A stretch of 64,000 nt of DNA from Candidatus Altiarchaeota archaeon (GCA_038891095.1 JAWAEV010000001.1:292468-356467), one strand, 5' to 3'; counted from the first letter of the stretch, positions 17,551-26,658 are shown. Numbers and translations are program-made. The notes: generated by a model from the sequence alone, not told the origin.

Positions 17551-18255
17551 TTAGGGGCAGTTAACAAAGTAGAACTCTACAAAATCATTATTTTTCATTC
17601 CTAAGGCTTTCCATGTACCATCTGCTAAATCAATCCCTGCCAGATTTTTAACTTTTCTTCCAAAAGTATCTAAACCATTATTATAATTCCAATAAAATGC
17701 TGCGTGTGCTTCAGGTAAGCCTCTTGGTAATGTCGTAAAGGTTTCTCTATCAAAATCCCAATAGTTATCCTTAGTATTCCAAGGCCCAGTGTCTTTAACT
17801 CTTTCGATTACACTCTTACCATTTTTTGGATTTATAACTTTAACGCACTTATTTTTTGCTTTATATGAAGGCAACGCAACAAATCTATCATTCTCCTTGA
17901 TTATATGGCCAGTTGATGTTTTTTTGCCAACTAAACCTTCTCTTGTTGCAAATACTGTAAATGGCTTTGCCATATAACTTACTGTTGGTGTAGTTAAAAT
18001 TTTTCCAGAATAAAAATTTTCTGTTTTTAATTTATTATTTTGTATACTTACTAAATTTGAAGGTTTTTTAGAGATAGTACTTATACTTAACTTTTGTTGA
18101 TTACTGTTGTATAGAACGCTATTTTTATTATTTGCTATTTTTGATATGCTAACTGAAGAAATTGGTAGATTTGAAATTTCAATTTTATCTGCACAACAAA
18201 TTTGTAAAAAATAAAAAACAAAAATTGATATTATAAAAAAACTTATGTTTTTCAT
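17551..18255 (-). CDS. secreted RlpA-like/double-psi beta-barrel protein (possible glycan-active enzyme)
   Basis: Signal peptide, S/K/N-rich linker, then FATREGLVG..T..G..I...D.FVALP, D.GPWNTKDNYW, AGIDLADG. Confidence 0.7.
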   Translation of the reverse strand: MKNISFFIISIFVFYFLQICCADKIEISNLPISSVSISKIANNKNSVLYNSNQQKLSISTISKKPSNLVSIQNNKLKTENFYSGKILTTPTVSYMAKPFTVFATREGLVGKKTSTGHIIKENDRFVALPSYKAKNKCVKVINPKNGKSVIERVKDTGPWNTKDNYWDFDRETFTTLPRGLPEAHAAFYWNYNNGLDTFGRKVKNLAGIDLADGTWKALGMKNNDFVEFYFVNCP

Positions 18256-18322
18256 TCTAAATTAAAAATTTTTTATGAATATTATATTAAATTCTATATA
18301 TAAAAATTGATATTATATCTTT

Positions 18323-19246
18323 TCATAAAAAATTTTTGAATAATGCGCATCTGTATGGGTCAGAAGCATTTAGGTTTTTAGTTATGGCATAAGCCCTTGC
18401 TTTACAACCTTTTCCACATATATTCTTTTTTTCACATTTACCGCAAGATTTTTCAAGACCTTCTCTTACTTTCTTTACTACATCTGAATTTAATGATTTT
18501 GAAAGTTCTCCGAAATTAAACGCATTCCCTACAATTAGTTCTCTTAGCATAGGACAAGGAGTTATTTTTCCATCTGCAAGAACAGCAACTCTTGAATAAC
18601 CAACTCCGCATGATGGCATTACAACTTTGTCATTAGAATTTAAAAATTTTTTTATTATTTTAGCATATTCCTTAGCACAAATACCATTGTTAATTGCCCT
18701 TCCTGTCGGGACAACAACATCAACTCTATAGTCAGAAACACCAAATTTCTGTAATAATTTTATCATCTTGTCAATCTCATTTTTATTTTTTTTAGAAAGA
18801 ACTGTGCTAACTCGAACAGGAATTTCAAATGAATTGCAAATTTTTATAGCATTTACCGCTTTTTTAAAAGAACCTCTTATACCACGAATTTCATCATGAA
18901 TTTTGGAAGATACAGCATCTAAACTTATTTGAACATATTTGATAAATTCTCTTTTTTTAGAGATATCTTCTGCAAATTTATAAAAAAAGAAGCCATTTGT
19001 TTCAAGCTCTATTCTCAAGCCCATCTCTGCAGCATAGTTAAAAATTTCAATAAAATTTTTATGCAATGTTGGCTCACCACCAGTTAAAGCGATTCTATTT
19101 CCTCCGATATCTGAAAACTCATTTATAATTCTCAATGCTATGTCTACTGGCATATCAATTCCATTTCTCTTTGAATTTGCATAACAATGTTCACATCTAA
19201 GATTGCATTTGCTTGTTAATTCAAGATCAATTTTTTCAAGTTTCAT
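18323..19246 (-). CDS. radical SAM protein with SPASM domain
   Basis: CNLRCEHC, TGGEP, ETNG, ISLD; SPASM CGVG..DGKITPC..CGKC...CGKGC..RAY...DPYRC. Confidence 0.93.
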   Translation of the reverse strand: MKLEKIDLELTSKCNLRCEHCYANSKRNGIDMPVDIALRIINEFSDIGGNRIALTGGEPTLHKNFIEIFNYAAEMGLRIELETNGFFFYKFAEDISKKREFIKYVQISLDAVSSKIHDEIRGIRGSFKKAVNAIKICNSFEIPVRVSTVLSKKNKNEIDKMIKLLQKFGVSDYRVDVVVPTGRAINNGICAKEYAKIIKKFLNSNDKVVMPSCGVGYSRVAVLADGKITPCPMLRELIVGNAFNFGELSKSLNSDVVKKVREGLEKSCGKCEKKNICGKGCKARAYAITKNLNASDPYRCALFKNFL

Positions 19247-19270
19247 TTTTTAGGTAAAATTAATAAAAAG

Positions 19271-19303
19271 AAGCCTTAACATTGGCGCCTCATGTTAAGG
19301 CTT
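19271..19303 (-). terminator. perfect 12-bp hairpin with U-tract between micro-ORF and radical SAM gene
   Basis: AAGCCTTAACAT / ATGTTAAGGCTT, 9-nt loop, followed on the minus strand by CTTTTTATT. Confidence 0.7.
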
Positions 19304-19314
19304 AAAAATTTTCC

Positions 19315-19353
19315 CTATTTTGGAAGAACTGTTAGGATAACTTTTCTTTCCAT
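19315..19353 (-). CDS. 12-aa micro-peptide MERKVILTVLPK (candidate radical SAM substrate or leader peptide)
   Basis: GAGGTGA SD (19359-19365) 5 nt before ATG; TAG at 19315-19317; BRE/TATA-like AAAAGTTTTTTTCATAT about 19388-19404. Confidence 0.5.
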   Translation of the reverse strand: MERKVILTVLPK

Positions 19354-19654
19354 TTTTCTCACCTCGCAAATTTTTATCTTGATGCGAATATGAAAAAAAC
19401 TTTTGCTGAACTGTAGAGAGCATAAGTAGAAGGTAGAGAGCAAAAAAAGAACACAGAACAGCAAAAGTTATAAGTAAATTTATTGCAATAAAATCAAACA
19501 AAATAAAAGCATTATAGATGTAATTATTTTAGAAATTTTAGAATTAAGCCTAAGTGAATTTGAAAGTAGTGCATTTTTATTTGCTTTCTTGGACTTTATT
19601 TCTGACATTTTAATAATGGTATAAAATTAGATTTAGTAGATTAAAAATTAGAAT

Positions 19655-20290
19655 TTATAAAACTCTAACTGGCTCTGACATTGTTCTTTTTATGTATATT
19701 GAAGAAATTTTATCTTCTGGAATTTGCCTTTCAATTGCTATCAAAACTGTATTGAAATTCTCTAAAAGATCATCAGCTGACATATCTTCTGTGCCAATCG
19801 GAACATGAACTGCTAAACCTTTCTTTGATTTTATTCTCACAGAATTTTTATACTTTGAAATAATTTGTTCTAAATCTACATTTGATGGTAAAGGCTGAGG
19901 CATTTTTCCTCTTGTTCCAAGAACAACTCCCCAAAATTTTCCAACAACTGGTAGAAGTTCTGGTTGAGATAGAAACCAATAACATTTACTTGCAATTTTT
20001 CTTATCTTTCGTTTATCTCTTGAGTATTCCTCTATTTCATGTCTGTCAAAAACATAATTGGAAAATTTTTTTGCTTTTAAATTTAAATCACCATCAGCAA
20101 AAACCCCAATTTCAGTTTCTTTCCCTCTGCTTTTTGGTAATTGTACAATAAGATTTAACTTATCTTTTGTTTCCAGATCAACACCATGCTTAAAATTTAC
20201 TATCATTTCAATACTCTGCTTGAATTTGCCTTTCTTTTTTTCTTTTTTCAAAAGTTCTTCCATTTTTTCAGAAATTTTTTTCTTATCCAT
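19655..20290 (-). CDS. rpl1: 50S ribosomal protein L1
   Basis: KFKQSIEMIVN, LGTRGKMPQP, IGTEDM, KRTMSEP; ATG 20290 just after rpl11 stop. Confidence 0.93.
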   Translation of the reverse strand: MDKKKISEKMEELLKKEKKKGKFKQSIEMIVNFKHGVDLETKDKLNLIVQLPKSRGKETEIGVFADGDLNLKAKKFSNYVFDRHEIEEYSRDKRKIRKIASKCYWFLSQPELLPVVGKFWGVVLGTRGKMPQPLPSNVDLEQIISKYKNSVRIKSKKGLAVHVPIGTEDMSADDLLENFNTVLIAIERQIPEDKISSIYIKRTMSEPVRVL

Positions 20291-20291
20291 T

Positions 20292-21032
20292 TTATTTCTT
20301 ATCTTCCTTAACTGCTTTTTCTTTTTGTTGAGATACAACATCTACTGGTAATAACTGCTCATAAATTTGCTTTGGAATTCCTTCTTTCTCTAATCTATCT
20401 ATTATTTGCTCCCTTGTTTTGCCTTGCATCTCATCAATAATTTTCTTTGTTTTTGCTTCAAGTTCTGCTCTTCTTGTTTCAATTTCCTTTCTTAATTTTT
20501 CTCTCTCCTCCTCAAGTTTTTTAAGTTCCTCTTCTGTTAATTCTGTTTTACTTGCCAATATTTTATCTTTGTATTTACCTCTATTTATTTCTTCAATTAT
20601 TTCTCTTGCATTTTTTCCTTCAACAAGTACTCCTAAGGATTGGCAAGTCCCTAAAACTTCTTTAACTTTTGCTATATTATCTTTTCCTAAGAAAGCATCG
20701 CTCTTCATTTTTGCAATTTTTATCACTTGCTCTATTGCTAAATCCGCAACTTTTTCTGTTTTTGGGTTAGATGCGCCTTTTTCTATTCCTGCCTCTTTCT
20801 TTATTAACGCTGATGTTGGAGGTGTACCAACTTCTATAGTATAGCTTTTTGTGTCACTATCAACTATTATCCTAACTGGGACTTTCATTCCAACGAAGTC
20901 TTTTGTCGCATCATTAACAGCTTTTATTACTTCATTTATATTTAAACCTAATGGACCTAACATTGGACCAAGTGGTGGTCCAGGTGATGCTTTACCACCA
21001 TCGATTAATTGCTCTACTATCTCTTTTGTCAT
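20292..21032 (-). CDS. rpl11: 50S ribosomal protein L11 with long C-terminal extension
   Basis: GGKASPGPPLGPMLGPLG, GMKVPV, PPTSALIK, GTCQSLGV. Confidence 0.96.
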   Translation of the reverse strand: MTKEIVEQLIDGGKASPGPPLGPMLGPLGLNINEVIKAVNDATKDFVGMKVPVRIIVDSDTKSYTIEVGTPPTSALIKKEAGIEKGASNPKTEKVADLAIEQVIKIAKMKSDAFLGKDNIAKVKEVLGTCQSLGVLVEGKNAREIIEEINRGKYKDKILASKTELTEEELKKLEEEREKLRKEIETRRAELEAKTKKIIDEMQGKTREQIIDRLEKEGIPKQIYEQLLPVDVVSQQKEKAVKEDKK

Positions 21033-21034
21033 TT

Positions 21035-21604
21035 TTATTCTTCTTCAATCTCATGAGAGACTTCTTTATTTTCTTCTTCTGTTTTTTGAGAAATTTCAGT
21101 TTCCTCCTCTTTTTTTATTAATTTTATATCATATGCTTTAACAATAACTGGAATTGGAACAGTTGCTTCAATAAGCTCTACAGTAATTTGATTCTTTGTG
21201 GTATCTATCCTAGCAACTCTTGCCTTTTCTCCTTTGAACGGCCCGTTAATCAATTCAACTAAATCTCCTTTGTTAACTCTCTCAACAATTGGTGTTGGTC
21301 TTAGTATTTTTTCTAACTCATCTAAGGTTATAACTCCTGCAGAATCTAAACTTCCTTTCTTTCTTAGTAAAAGTCCCTTTGTATGAGAGATCCCTCTAGC
21401 TAAATTATCAACTGCTCCTGGATTTTCAGCCTCGACTAAAACATAGCCTTTTAGTTCAGGAGCATATAAAATTGAGTAAATCCCACTCTCTGATTCATTA
21501 TTTTTCTTTCTTGCAATTACTTCCTCATACATAAGTTGGGATACGATTTTTTCCTGATTTGTTGTTACTTTAACAATATATATCTTTGTATTTTGCTCTG
21601 ACAT
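21035..21604 (-). CDS. spt5: transcription elongation factor Spt5 (NusG)
   Basis: NGN domain (KGYVLVEA) and KOW GDLVELINGPFKGEKARV. Confidence 0.96.
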   Translation of the reverse strand: MSEQNTKIYIVKVTTNQEKIVSQLMYEEVIARKKNNESESGIYSILYAPELKGYVLVEAENPGAVDNLARGISHTKGLLLRKKGSLDSAGVITLDELEKILRPTPIVERVNKGDLVELINGPFKGEKARVARIDTTKNQITVELIEATVPIPVIVKAYDIKLIKKEEETEISQKTEEENKEVSHEIEEE

Positions 21605-21659
21605 TTTATAGTGAGAGAATTAAGATTTGGTTAAATTAAAATAAAAATAGCGCAGATTT

Positions 21660-21848
21660 TTATTTAATTAAATTTGATATGGTCTTGGATATAAGGAACA
21701 CTAAAAATCCTATAAGACCTATGACAATTATTCCAACACCTGTAATTTTTGCAATTTCAAGGTATTCATATCTTTTTGGTTTTCTTGTTAATCTAAGTAT
21801 CCTTCTAACTTCAAGAAAAATTTCAACTATCTTATTCTTTATACCCAT
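21660..21848 (-). CDS. secE: protein translocase subunit SecE (Sec61 gamma)
   Basis: RRILRLTRKP..EY..IAKITG.GI..IG.IGF; conserved ftsZ-secE-spt5 context. Confidence 0.93.
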   Translation of the reverse strand: MGIKNKIVEIFLEVRRILRLTRKPKRYEYLEIAKITGVGIIVIGLIGFLVFLISKTISNLIK

Positions 21849-21908
21849 TCTGAGAGATAAAAATAATAGAATTTTAATAAATTTATTGCCTCAGTAGTTA
21901 AGAGGATA

Positions 21909-23069
21909 TTACACATATTTAAGTCCTATGTCTGTAGCATGCTCTGTTTTCCCTTCTTCTATCATCTCTTCAAGTTCCTCTTCATATTTTGGAGTTCTAA
22001 CACCTGAAAGAATGATTAATGTCTTTATTATATTTCTATCTAAAGAATCATCAATTTGTGCTCCCCAGATTATTGCTGCATTTGGTGATATACTTTCAGA
22101 AACGATTCTTACTATTTCCTCTGACTCTTCTAGGGTCATATCTCTTGATCCAATAACATTAACTAATGCTCCAGTTGCTGTACTTATATCTGTATCAAGC
22201 AATGGGGACTTTAATGCTTTTTCAACACTCTCTCTTGAACGATCTTCCATTGGTGTGTCTTTTGTTGATGAACCCATACCAATTAATGCTGTTCCGCCAC
22301 CTGACATTATTGCTTTAACATCTGCAAAATCCAAATTTATCAATCCTGGTTTAGTAACCATTTCTGTAATTCCCTTTACAGCATTTGCAAGCAATTCATC
22401 AGCAACTTTAAATGCTGCATTTAGAGGTAAATTTGGTGCAATTTCTAAAAGTCTATCATTTGGGATAACTATTACAGTATCGGTATATTTTCTCAATTTT
22501 TTCAGTCCCATGAGAGCATTTCTTGCTCTAACTCTGCCTTCAACAGTGAAAGGCAAAGTAACAACACCAATTGTTAGAGCATTTTGCTCTTTAGCGATTT
22601 CTGCAATTACAGGCAATGCTCCTGTACCTGTACCCCCACCAAGGCCACAAGTGACAAAAACCATATCTGCTCCTGTTAGAACTTCTGCTATTTTTTTCGC
22701 ATCTGCTTCTGCACATTTCTCTCCAATCTCTGGATTATTGCCAGCACCAATTCCACCAGTAATTGAAGCACCAATTAAAATTTTTGTAGGTGTTTTTGTA
22801 TACAAAAGATCAAGAGCATCTGTATTTACCGCAATTACATCACCACCATGAATCCCCATCTCCATTAACCTGTCAAGAGTATTTGAACCTGCGCCACCTG
22901 CACCAACAACTTTTATAGCAGTTCTTATACCTTCAACAATTCTCCTAAGCTCTTCATCAGAGTCACCAAACTTTCTTTCCATTTCTCCTGTTGGATTTAA
23001 TTTTTTCTTTTCAGTTTTTTCTTCATCTAAATTCGCTCTATGAATAGCATTCTGAATAATTGCTTCCAT
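21909..23069 (-). CDS. ftsZ: cell division protein FtsZ (FtsZ1 type)
   Basis: GAGGAGSN, GLGGGTGTG, INLDFADV. Confidence 0.98.
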   Translation of the reverse strand: MEAIIQNAIHRANLDEEKTEKKKLNPTGEMERKFGDSDEELRRIVEGIRTAIKVVGAGGAGSNTLDRLMEMGIHGGDVIAVNTDALDLLYTKTPTKILIGASITGGIGAGNNPEIGEKCAEADAKKIAEVLTGADMVFVTCGLGGGTGTGALPVIAEIAKEQNALTIGVVTLPFTVEGRVRARNALMGLKKLRKYTDTVIVIPNDRLLEIAPNLPLNAAFKVADELLANAVKGITEMVTKPGLINLDFADVKAIMSGGGTALIGMGSSTKDTPMEDRSRESVEKALKSPLLDTDISTATGALVNVIGSRDMTLEESEEIVRIVSESISPNAAIIWGAQIDDSLDRNIIKTLIILSGVRTPKYEEELEEMIEEGKTEHATDIGLKYV

Positions 23070-23149
23070 TTTAAATCACCTTTTAAATTCTTAAACAGAA
23101 AAATTTATAGAATATAATATTGATTGCGGGTATAAAAAGTATAAAATTA

Positions 23150-24064
23150 TTAAAATCCTTTGGATGCTAAATCCAAAAGTATCTGCAATTTTTTCTTTGT
23201 TGTTTCTTGGATAAATTGCAATTCTTTCTCTTTTCTTTCAGGTCTAAAAAGATGTCTATATCTGCCCTGAATTTTCAAGTAATCTTCAACCGGTTTTAAA
23301 TTTTCAATACTTGTTGGTAGATTTACAAAATGTTTTCCATTTATAATTTCATATAAAGGAAAAACTCCTGTGAGAACAGCTAACTTTGCTATTTCAACAG
23401 TTTTTTCTGTAGGATAACGCCAACCAGTTGGGCATGGAGCAAAAAGATTTATAAAAGTTGGTCCTTTTGTTTCAACTGCTTTTCTTATTTTTTTAAATGC
23501 ATCTAATGGAAAAGCAATTGATGCCTGAGCTAAATATGCTGAGTTATGCGCTGCCAATATGTGCATTATGTCCTTCTTACATTGCTCTTTTCCTATGGAA
23601 AATTTTCCTGCAGGGGAAGTTGTTGTTGATGCAGCAAAAGGTGTCGCACTACTGCGCTGTACGCCTGTATTCATATAAGCTTCGTTCTCATAACAGATAT
23701 AGCAAAAATTATGGCCTCTTTCAAATGCTCCTGAAAGATGCCCAAAGCCTATATCATAAGTAGCTCCATCACCACCTATAGCAATAACTTTCACATCTTC
23801 TTTTCCCTTAAATTTTAAAGCTTCAGAAATTCCTGATGCTATTGCTGCAGCATTTTCAAAAGCACCGTGAATCCATGGTAATTTCCATGATGTTTCTGGA
23901 TATGGAGTTGATACAACTTCCATACAACCAGTTGCTTCGACTAAGATAGAATTCTTTCCTGCTGCTTTTGTTATTAGCCTAAGTGCTATTGCTGCTCCAC
24001 ATCCAGAACATGCTCTATGCCCTGAAACAAAATATTCCTCTTCTGGTAAGCTAAATATTGCCAT
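23150..24064 (-). CDS. porB: pyruvate/2-oxoacid:ferredoxin oxidoreductase beta subunit
   Basis: GHRACSGCG, GGDG TPP motif, NEAYMNTG.Q, PCPTGW. Confidence 0.93.
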   Translation of the reverse strand: MAIFSLPEEEYFVSGHRACSGCGAAIALRLITKAAGKNSILVEATGCMEVVSTPYPETSWKLPWIHGAFENAAAIASGISEALKFKGKEDVKVIAIGGDGATYDIGFGHLSGAFERGHNFCYICYENEAYMNTGVQRSSATPFAASTTTSPAGKFSIGKEQCKKDIMHILAAHNSAYLAQASIAFPLDAFKKIRKAVETKGPTFINLFAPCPTGWRYPTEKTVEIAKLAVLTGVFPLYEIINGKHFVNLPTSIENLKPVEDYLKIQGRYRHLFRPERKEKELQFIQETTKKKLQILLDLASKGF

Positions 24065-24073
24065 TTTAGAATA

Positions 24074-25243
24074 TTAGAATATCCACTCTTGCTTTTTTAC
24101 TTTTCCTTCCTTTACTAATTTATAAATTTTTTCTATATTCCCAAAGGTTATATCTCTACCACCTAAGCCAACTATAAAACTGCTTATTTCTGGTTTTTTT
24201 TCATTATAAAAAGCAGACCTTATTTCATCAAATACCGGAGAATTTGCACCTAAGGAAATTGCTCTTTCAATTACAGCAATTTTTTCCATATCTTTTAAAT
24301 TTTTAACTATTTCTTCCTTTGGAAATGGTCTATAGCATAATATCTTCAAAAGCCCTACTTTCTCACCCTTCTCGCGAAATTTATCTATCATGAATTTTAA
24401 AGTTCCGCATAAAGAGCCAAGAGCAACAAATGCAACTTTAGAATCTTCAAGTTTATATGCTTCAACAACATCATAATTTTTTGGCCTTGAATTTTCTATC
24501 TTAACTGGAAATTTTTCTGAAAATTCTTTAAAGACTTCTTTTATTTTTGTTATAGAATTTTCAATAGCCTTTTGTTGAGAATATTTTATCTCCATAAAAT
24601 GTGAAGGAAAAGCTATTGGTCCAAAAGTCATTGGTTTATCAGGATCAAGATATATTTCTGCTTTATATTCTGGTAGAAATTCATCTATTTCCTCTTGTGC
24701 AGGGATAAACACTGGCTCATAAACATGCGAAAGTGTAAATCCATCTATACAAACCATTGAAGGTAGCAAAATATCTTTGCTCTCAGAAATTTTATATTGC
24801 ATTATTGTAAGGTCAAAAGCCTCTTGTGAAGTTTCAGCATAAAATTGTAACCAGCCAGAATCTCTTACAGAAATAGAATCCTGGTGGTCACCCCAAATAT
24901 TTATCGGTGCTGATAAAGCTCTATTTGCAACTGTCATTCCAATTGGTAAACGCAATCCTGAAACAACAAAAAGAACCTCAAACATTAATGCCAATCCTTG
25001 TGAAGATGTAGAAGTGTAAGTTCTTACTCCTGTAGCTTCTGCACCTAAACAAGCAGATAATGCCGAGAATTCTGACTCAACATTTATATATTTTGCATTA
25101 ATTTCATGATTTGCAACCATCTCTGAAAGTCTTTCAACGATATGAGTCTGCGGTGTTATAGGATAAGCTGCAATAACCCCTGGTTTTATCATCTTAACTG
25201 CTTCTGCTATAGCATGTGAAGTTTCCAAAATTTTTTTAGTCAT
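24074..25243 (-). CDS. porA: pyruvate/2-oxoacid:ferredoxin oxidoreductase alpha subunit
   Basis: YPITPQT, ESEFSA, TSSQGL, GLGGRDI; ATG 25243 overlaps porD stop. Confidence 0.93.
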   Translation of the reverse strand: MTKKILETSHAIAEAVKMIKPGVIAAYPITPQTHIVERLSEMVANHEINAKYINVESEFSALSACLGAEATGVRTYTSTSSQGLALMFEVLFVVSGLRLPIGMTVANRALSAPINIWGDHQDSISVRDSGWLQFYAETSQEAFDLTIMQYKISESKDILLPSMVCIDGFTLSHVYEPVFIPAQEEIDEFLPEYKAEIYLDPDKPMTFGPIAFPSHFMEIKYSQQKAIENSITKIKEVFKEFSEKFPVKIENSRPKNYDVVEAYKLEDSKVAFVALGSLCGTLKFMIDKFREKGEKVGLLKILCYRPFPKEEIVKNLKDMEKIAVIERAISLGANSPVFDEIRSAFYNEKKPEISSFIVGLGGRDITFGNIEKIYKLVKEGKVKKQEWIF

Positions 25244-25542
25244 TTTTTCTCTTTTATCATAGTTATTGCTTTTTTTGGACACTCATTTGCACAAATTCCA
25301 CAACCTTTACAATAATCTAAATTTGCATCGAATTTCCCATTATTTTTTTTGAAAATACAACCCTCGGGACAAAAAACCCAACAAAGACCGCAAGATATGC
25401 ATTTATCAAAATCAAAAACAGGTCTATATGCTCTCCATGCTCCTGTTTTTGTTATCACTGTTGAACCATTACTTTCCAAAATTCCAGCAAGTGTTATTTC
25501 TTTTTCATTAACATTTATCTTTATTTTTTCAAATTCAGTCAT
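25240..25542 (-). CDS. porD: oxidoreductase delta subunit (2x4Fe-4S ferredoxin)
   Basis: TGAWR..RP, CISCGLCWVFCP, CKGCGICANECP. Confidence 0.93.
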   Translation of the reverse strand: MTEFEKIKINVNEKEITLAGILESNGSTVITKTGAWRAYRPVFDFDKCISCGLCWVFCPEGCIFKKNNGKFDANLDYCKGCGICANECPKKAITMIKEKK

Positions 25543-26083
25543 TTTTAGATTTTATAGCTTTCTCATAAGTTTTTTCAACTAATAAAATATTTTTATTTGC
25601 AATCTCTTCTGGAAATTGTTCTTTAATAGCTTTACAAATTGATTCTTTACTTACTAAATTTGTAAAAGCAGAAAATGCTCCTAAAATTCCTGTGTTTACT
25701 ATATCTGCACCTAAAATTTCTAATGCTGAAGAGGAGACATCAACTGTAAAAATTTTTACATTTATATTTTTAAATTCGCTTGGCTTTTTTTCTGTGTTTA
25801 TTATTGCCATACCATTTTCTTTTAAGCCTTCAAATATATTTGATACATAAAACAAAGTTGGGTCCATAACAACCAATATGTCTGGCTCATAAACTGCTGT
25901 TCTCTCTTTTATAAATTTGTCAGAAATTCTTGTGAAAGCCTGTACTGGAGCACCTCGTCTTTCAACACCAAATATTGGAAATGCCTGTGAAAATTTACCA
26001 TCATAGAATGCTGCTATTGCTAAGATTGTTGCAGCAGTAACAGCACCCTGACCACCTCTACCATGAAACCTTATCTCTTTCAA
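25535..26083 (-). CDS. porG: oxidoreductase gamma subunit
   Basis: EIRFHGRGGQGAVTA, FGVERRGAPV; TTG start at 26083. Confidence 0.92.
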   Translation of the reverse strand: MKEIRFHGRGGQGAVTAATILAIAAFYDGKFSQAFPIFGVERRGAPVQAFTRISDKFIKERTAVYEPDILVVMDPTLFYVSNIFEGLKENGMAIINTEKKPSEFKNINVKIFTVDVSSSALEILGADIVNTGILGAFSAFTNLVSKESICKAIKEQFPEEIANKNILLVEKTYEKAIKSKND

Positions 26084-26153
26084 TTTTTTATGATTGAATA
26101 TTAATATGATTTTAAGTTTAAGTTTAAGCATATATGTAAAGTACAGAAGAAAA

Positions 26154-26417
26154 ATGATAGGCATTATAGCAAATTATCGTGGGAGTAAAAGAACTCAACA
26201 TAAAAGTCAGATTATTGTAATTCCAGAAGGGATAACAAAAAGGGAAGATGCTAAAAAACTCTTAGGTAAAAGAGTTGAATGGATAAGTAAAACAGGTAAA
26301 AAAATTTCAGGAAAAATTTTAAGAGTTCATGGTAATAGAGGTGCAGTAATAGTGAAATTTGAAAGAGGACTTCCAGGACAAGCATTAACAACAAGTGTAG
26401 AAATTTTTGATAAATAA
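26154..26417 (+). CDS. rpl35ae: 50S ribosomal protein L35Ae (eL33)
   Basis: IIANYRGSKRTQ, GKILRVHGNRGAV..KF..GLPGQA; ATG 26154. Confidence 0.95.
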   Translation: MIGIIANYRGSKRTQHKSQIIVIPEGITKREDAKKLLGKRVEWISKTGKKISGKILRVHGNRGAVIVKFERGLPGQALTTSVEIFDK

Positions 26418-26418
26418 T

Positions 26419-26552
26419 GCCGCTGTAGCGCAGACTGGGAGCGCAATCGGCTGAAGACCGCAAAATTCAAAAAATTTTTAAAGTTGCAGAATAATTCTTT
26501 TCCATTGCGGTCTGTTACCGATGTGTCGTGGGTTCAAATCCCACCGGCGGCA
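26419..26552 (+). tRNA. tRNA-Phe(GAA) with 60-nt canonical intron (26457-26516)
   Basis: GCCGCTG/CGGCGGC acceptor, ATCGG/CCGAT anticodon stem, GAA at 26453-26455, BHB with outer helix CCGCAA/TTGCGG. Confidence 0.92.
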
Positions 26553-26658
26553 TTTTTCTAATTTAGAGTTAAAGATTTAGCTATAAGAATGCTGCGTCTC
26601 CTTCTGCATTTTTATTTAATTTATAAAACTGAAATGTAATTTTTAACAATTTGGAAAA

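Noticed and set aside
19295-19501. 68-aa ORF as the radical SAM precursor
   Set aside because: TTG start with no SD, runs through the promoter and into the hairpin; the nested 12-codon ORF has far better initiation signals.
21928-22851. 307-aa antisense ORF over ftsZ, and similar shadows over AMP phosphorylase, nnr, cdc48, dnaK, dnaJ and rpl11
   Set aside because: Antisense frames of well-supported genes; Ser/Ile/Phe-rich composition reflects the sense-strand codon bias.
26111-26128. TTTAAG x3 tandem repeat
   Set aside because: Lies in the 70-bp divergent porG/rpl35ae promoter region; explained as TATA-like sequence.
26512-26522. Alternative reading of the intron tRNA as tRNA-Asn (CTGTTA-CCGAT)
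   Set aside because: Gives only a 6-nt anticodon loop; BHB geometry, D-loop and A discriminator fit Phe(GAA).
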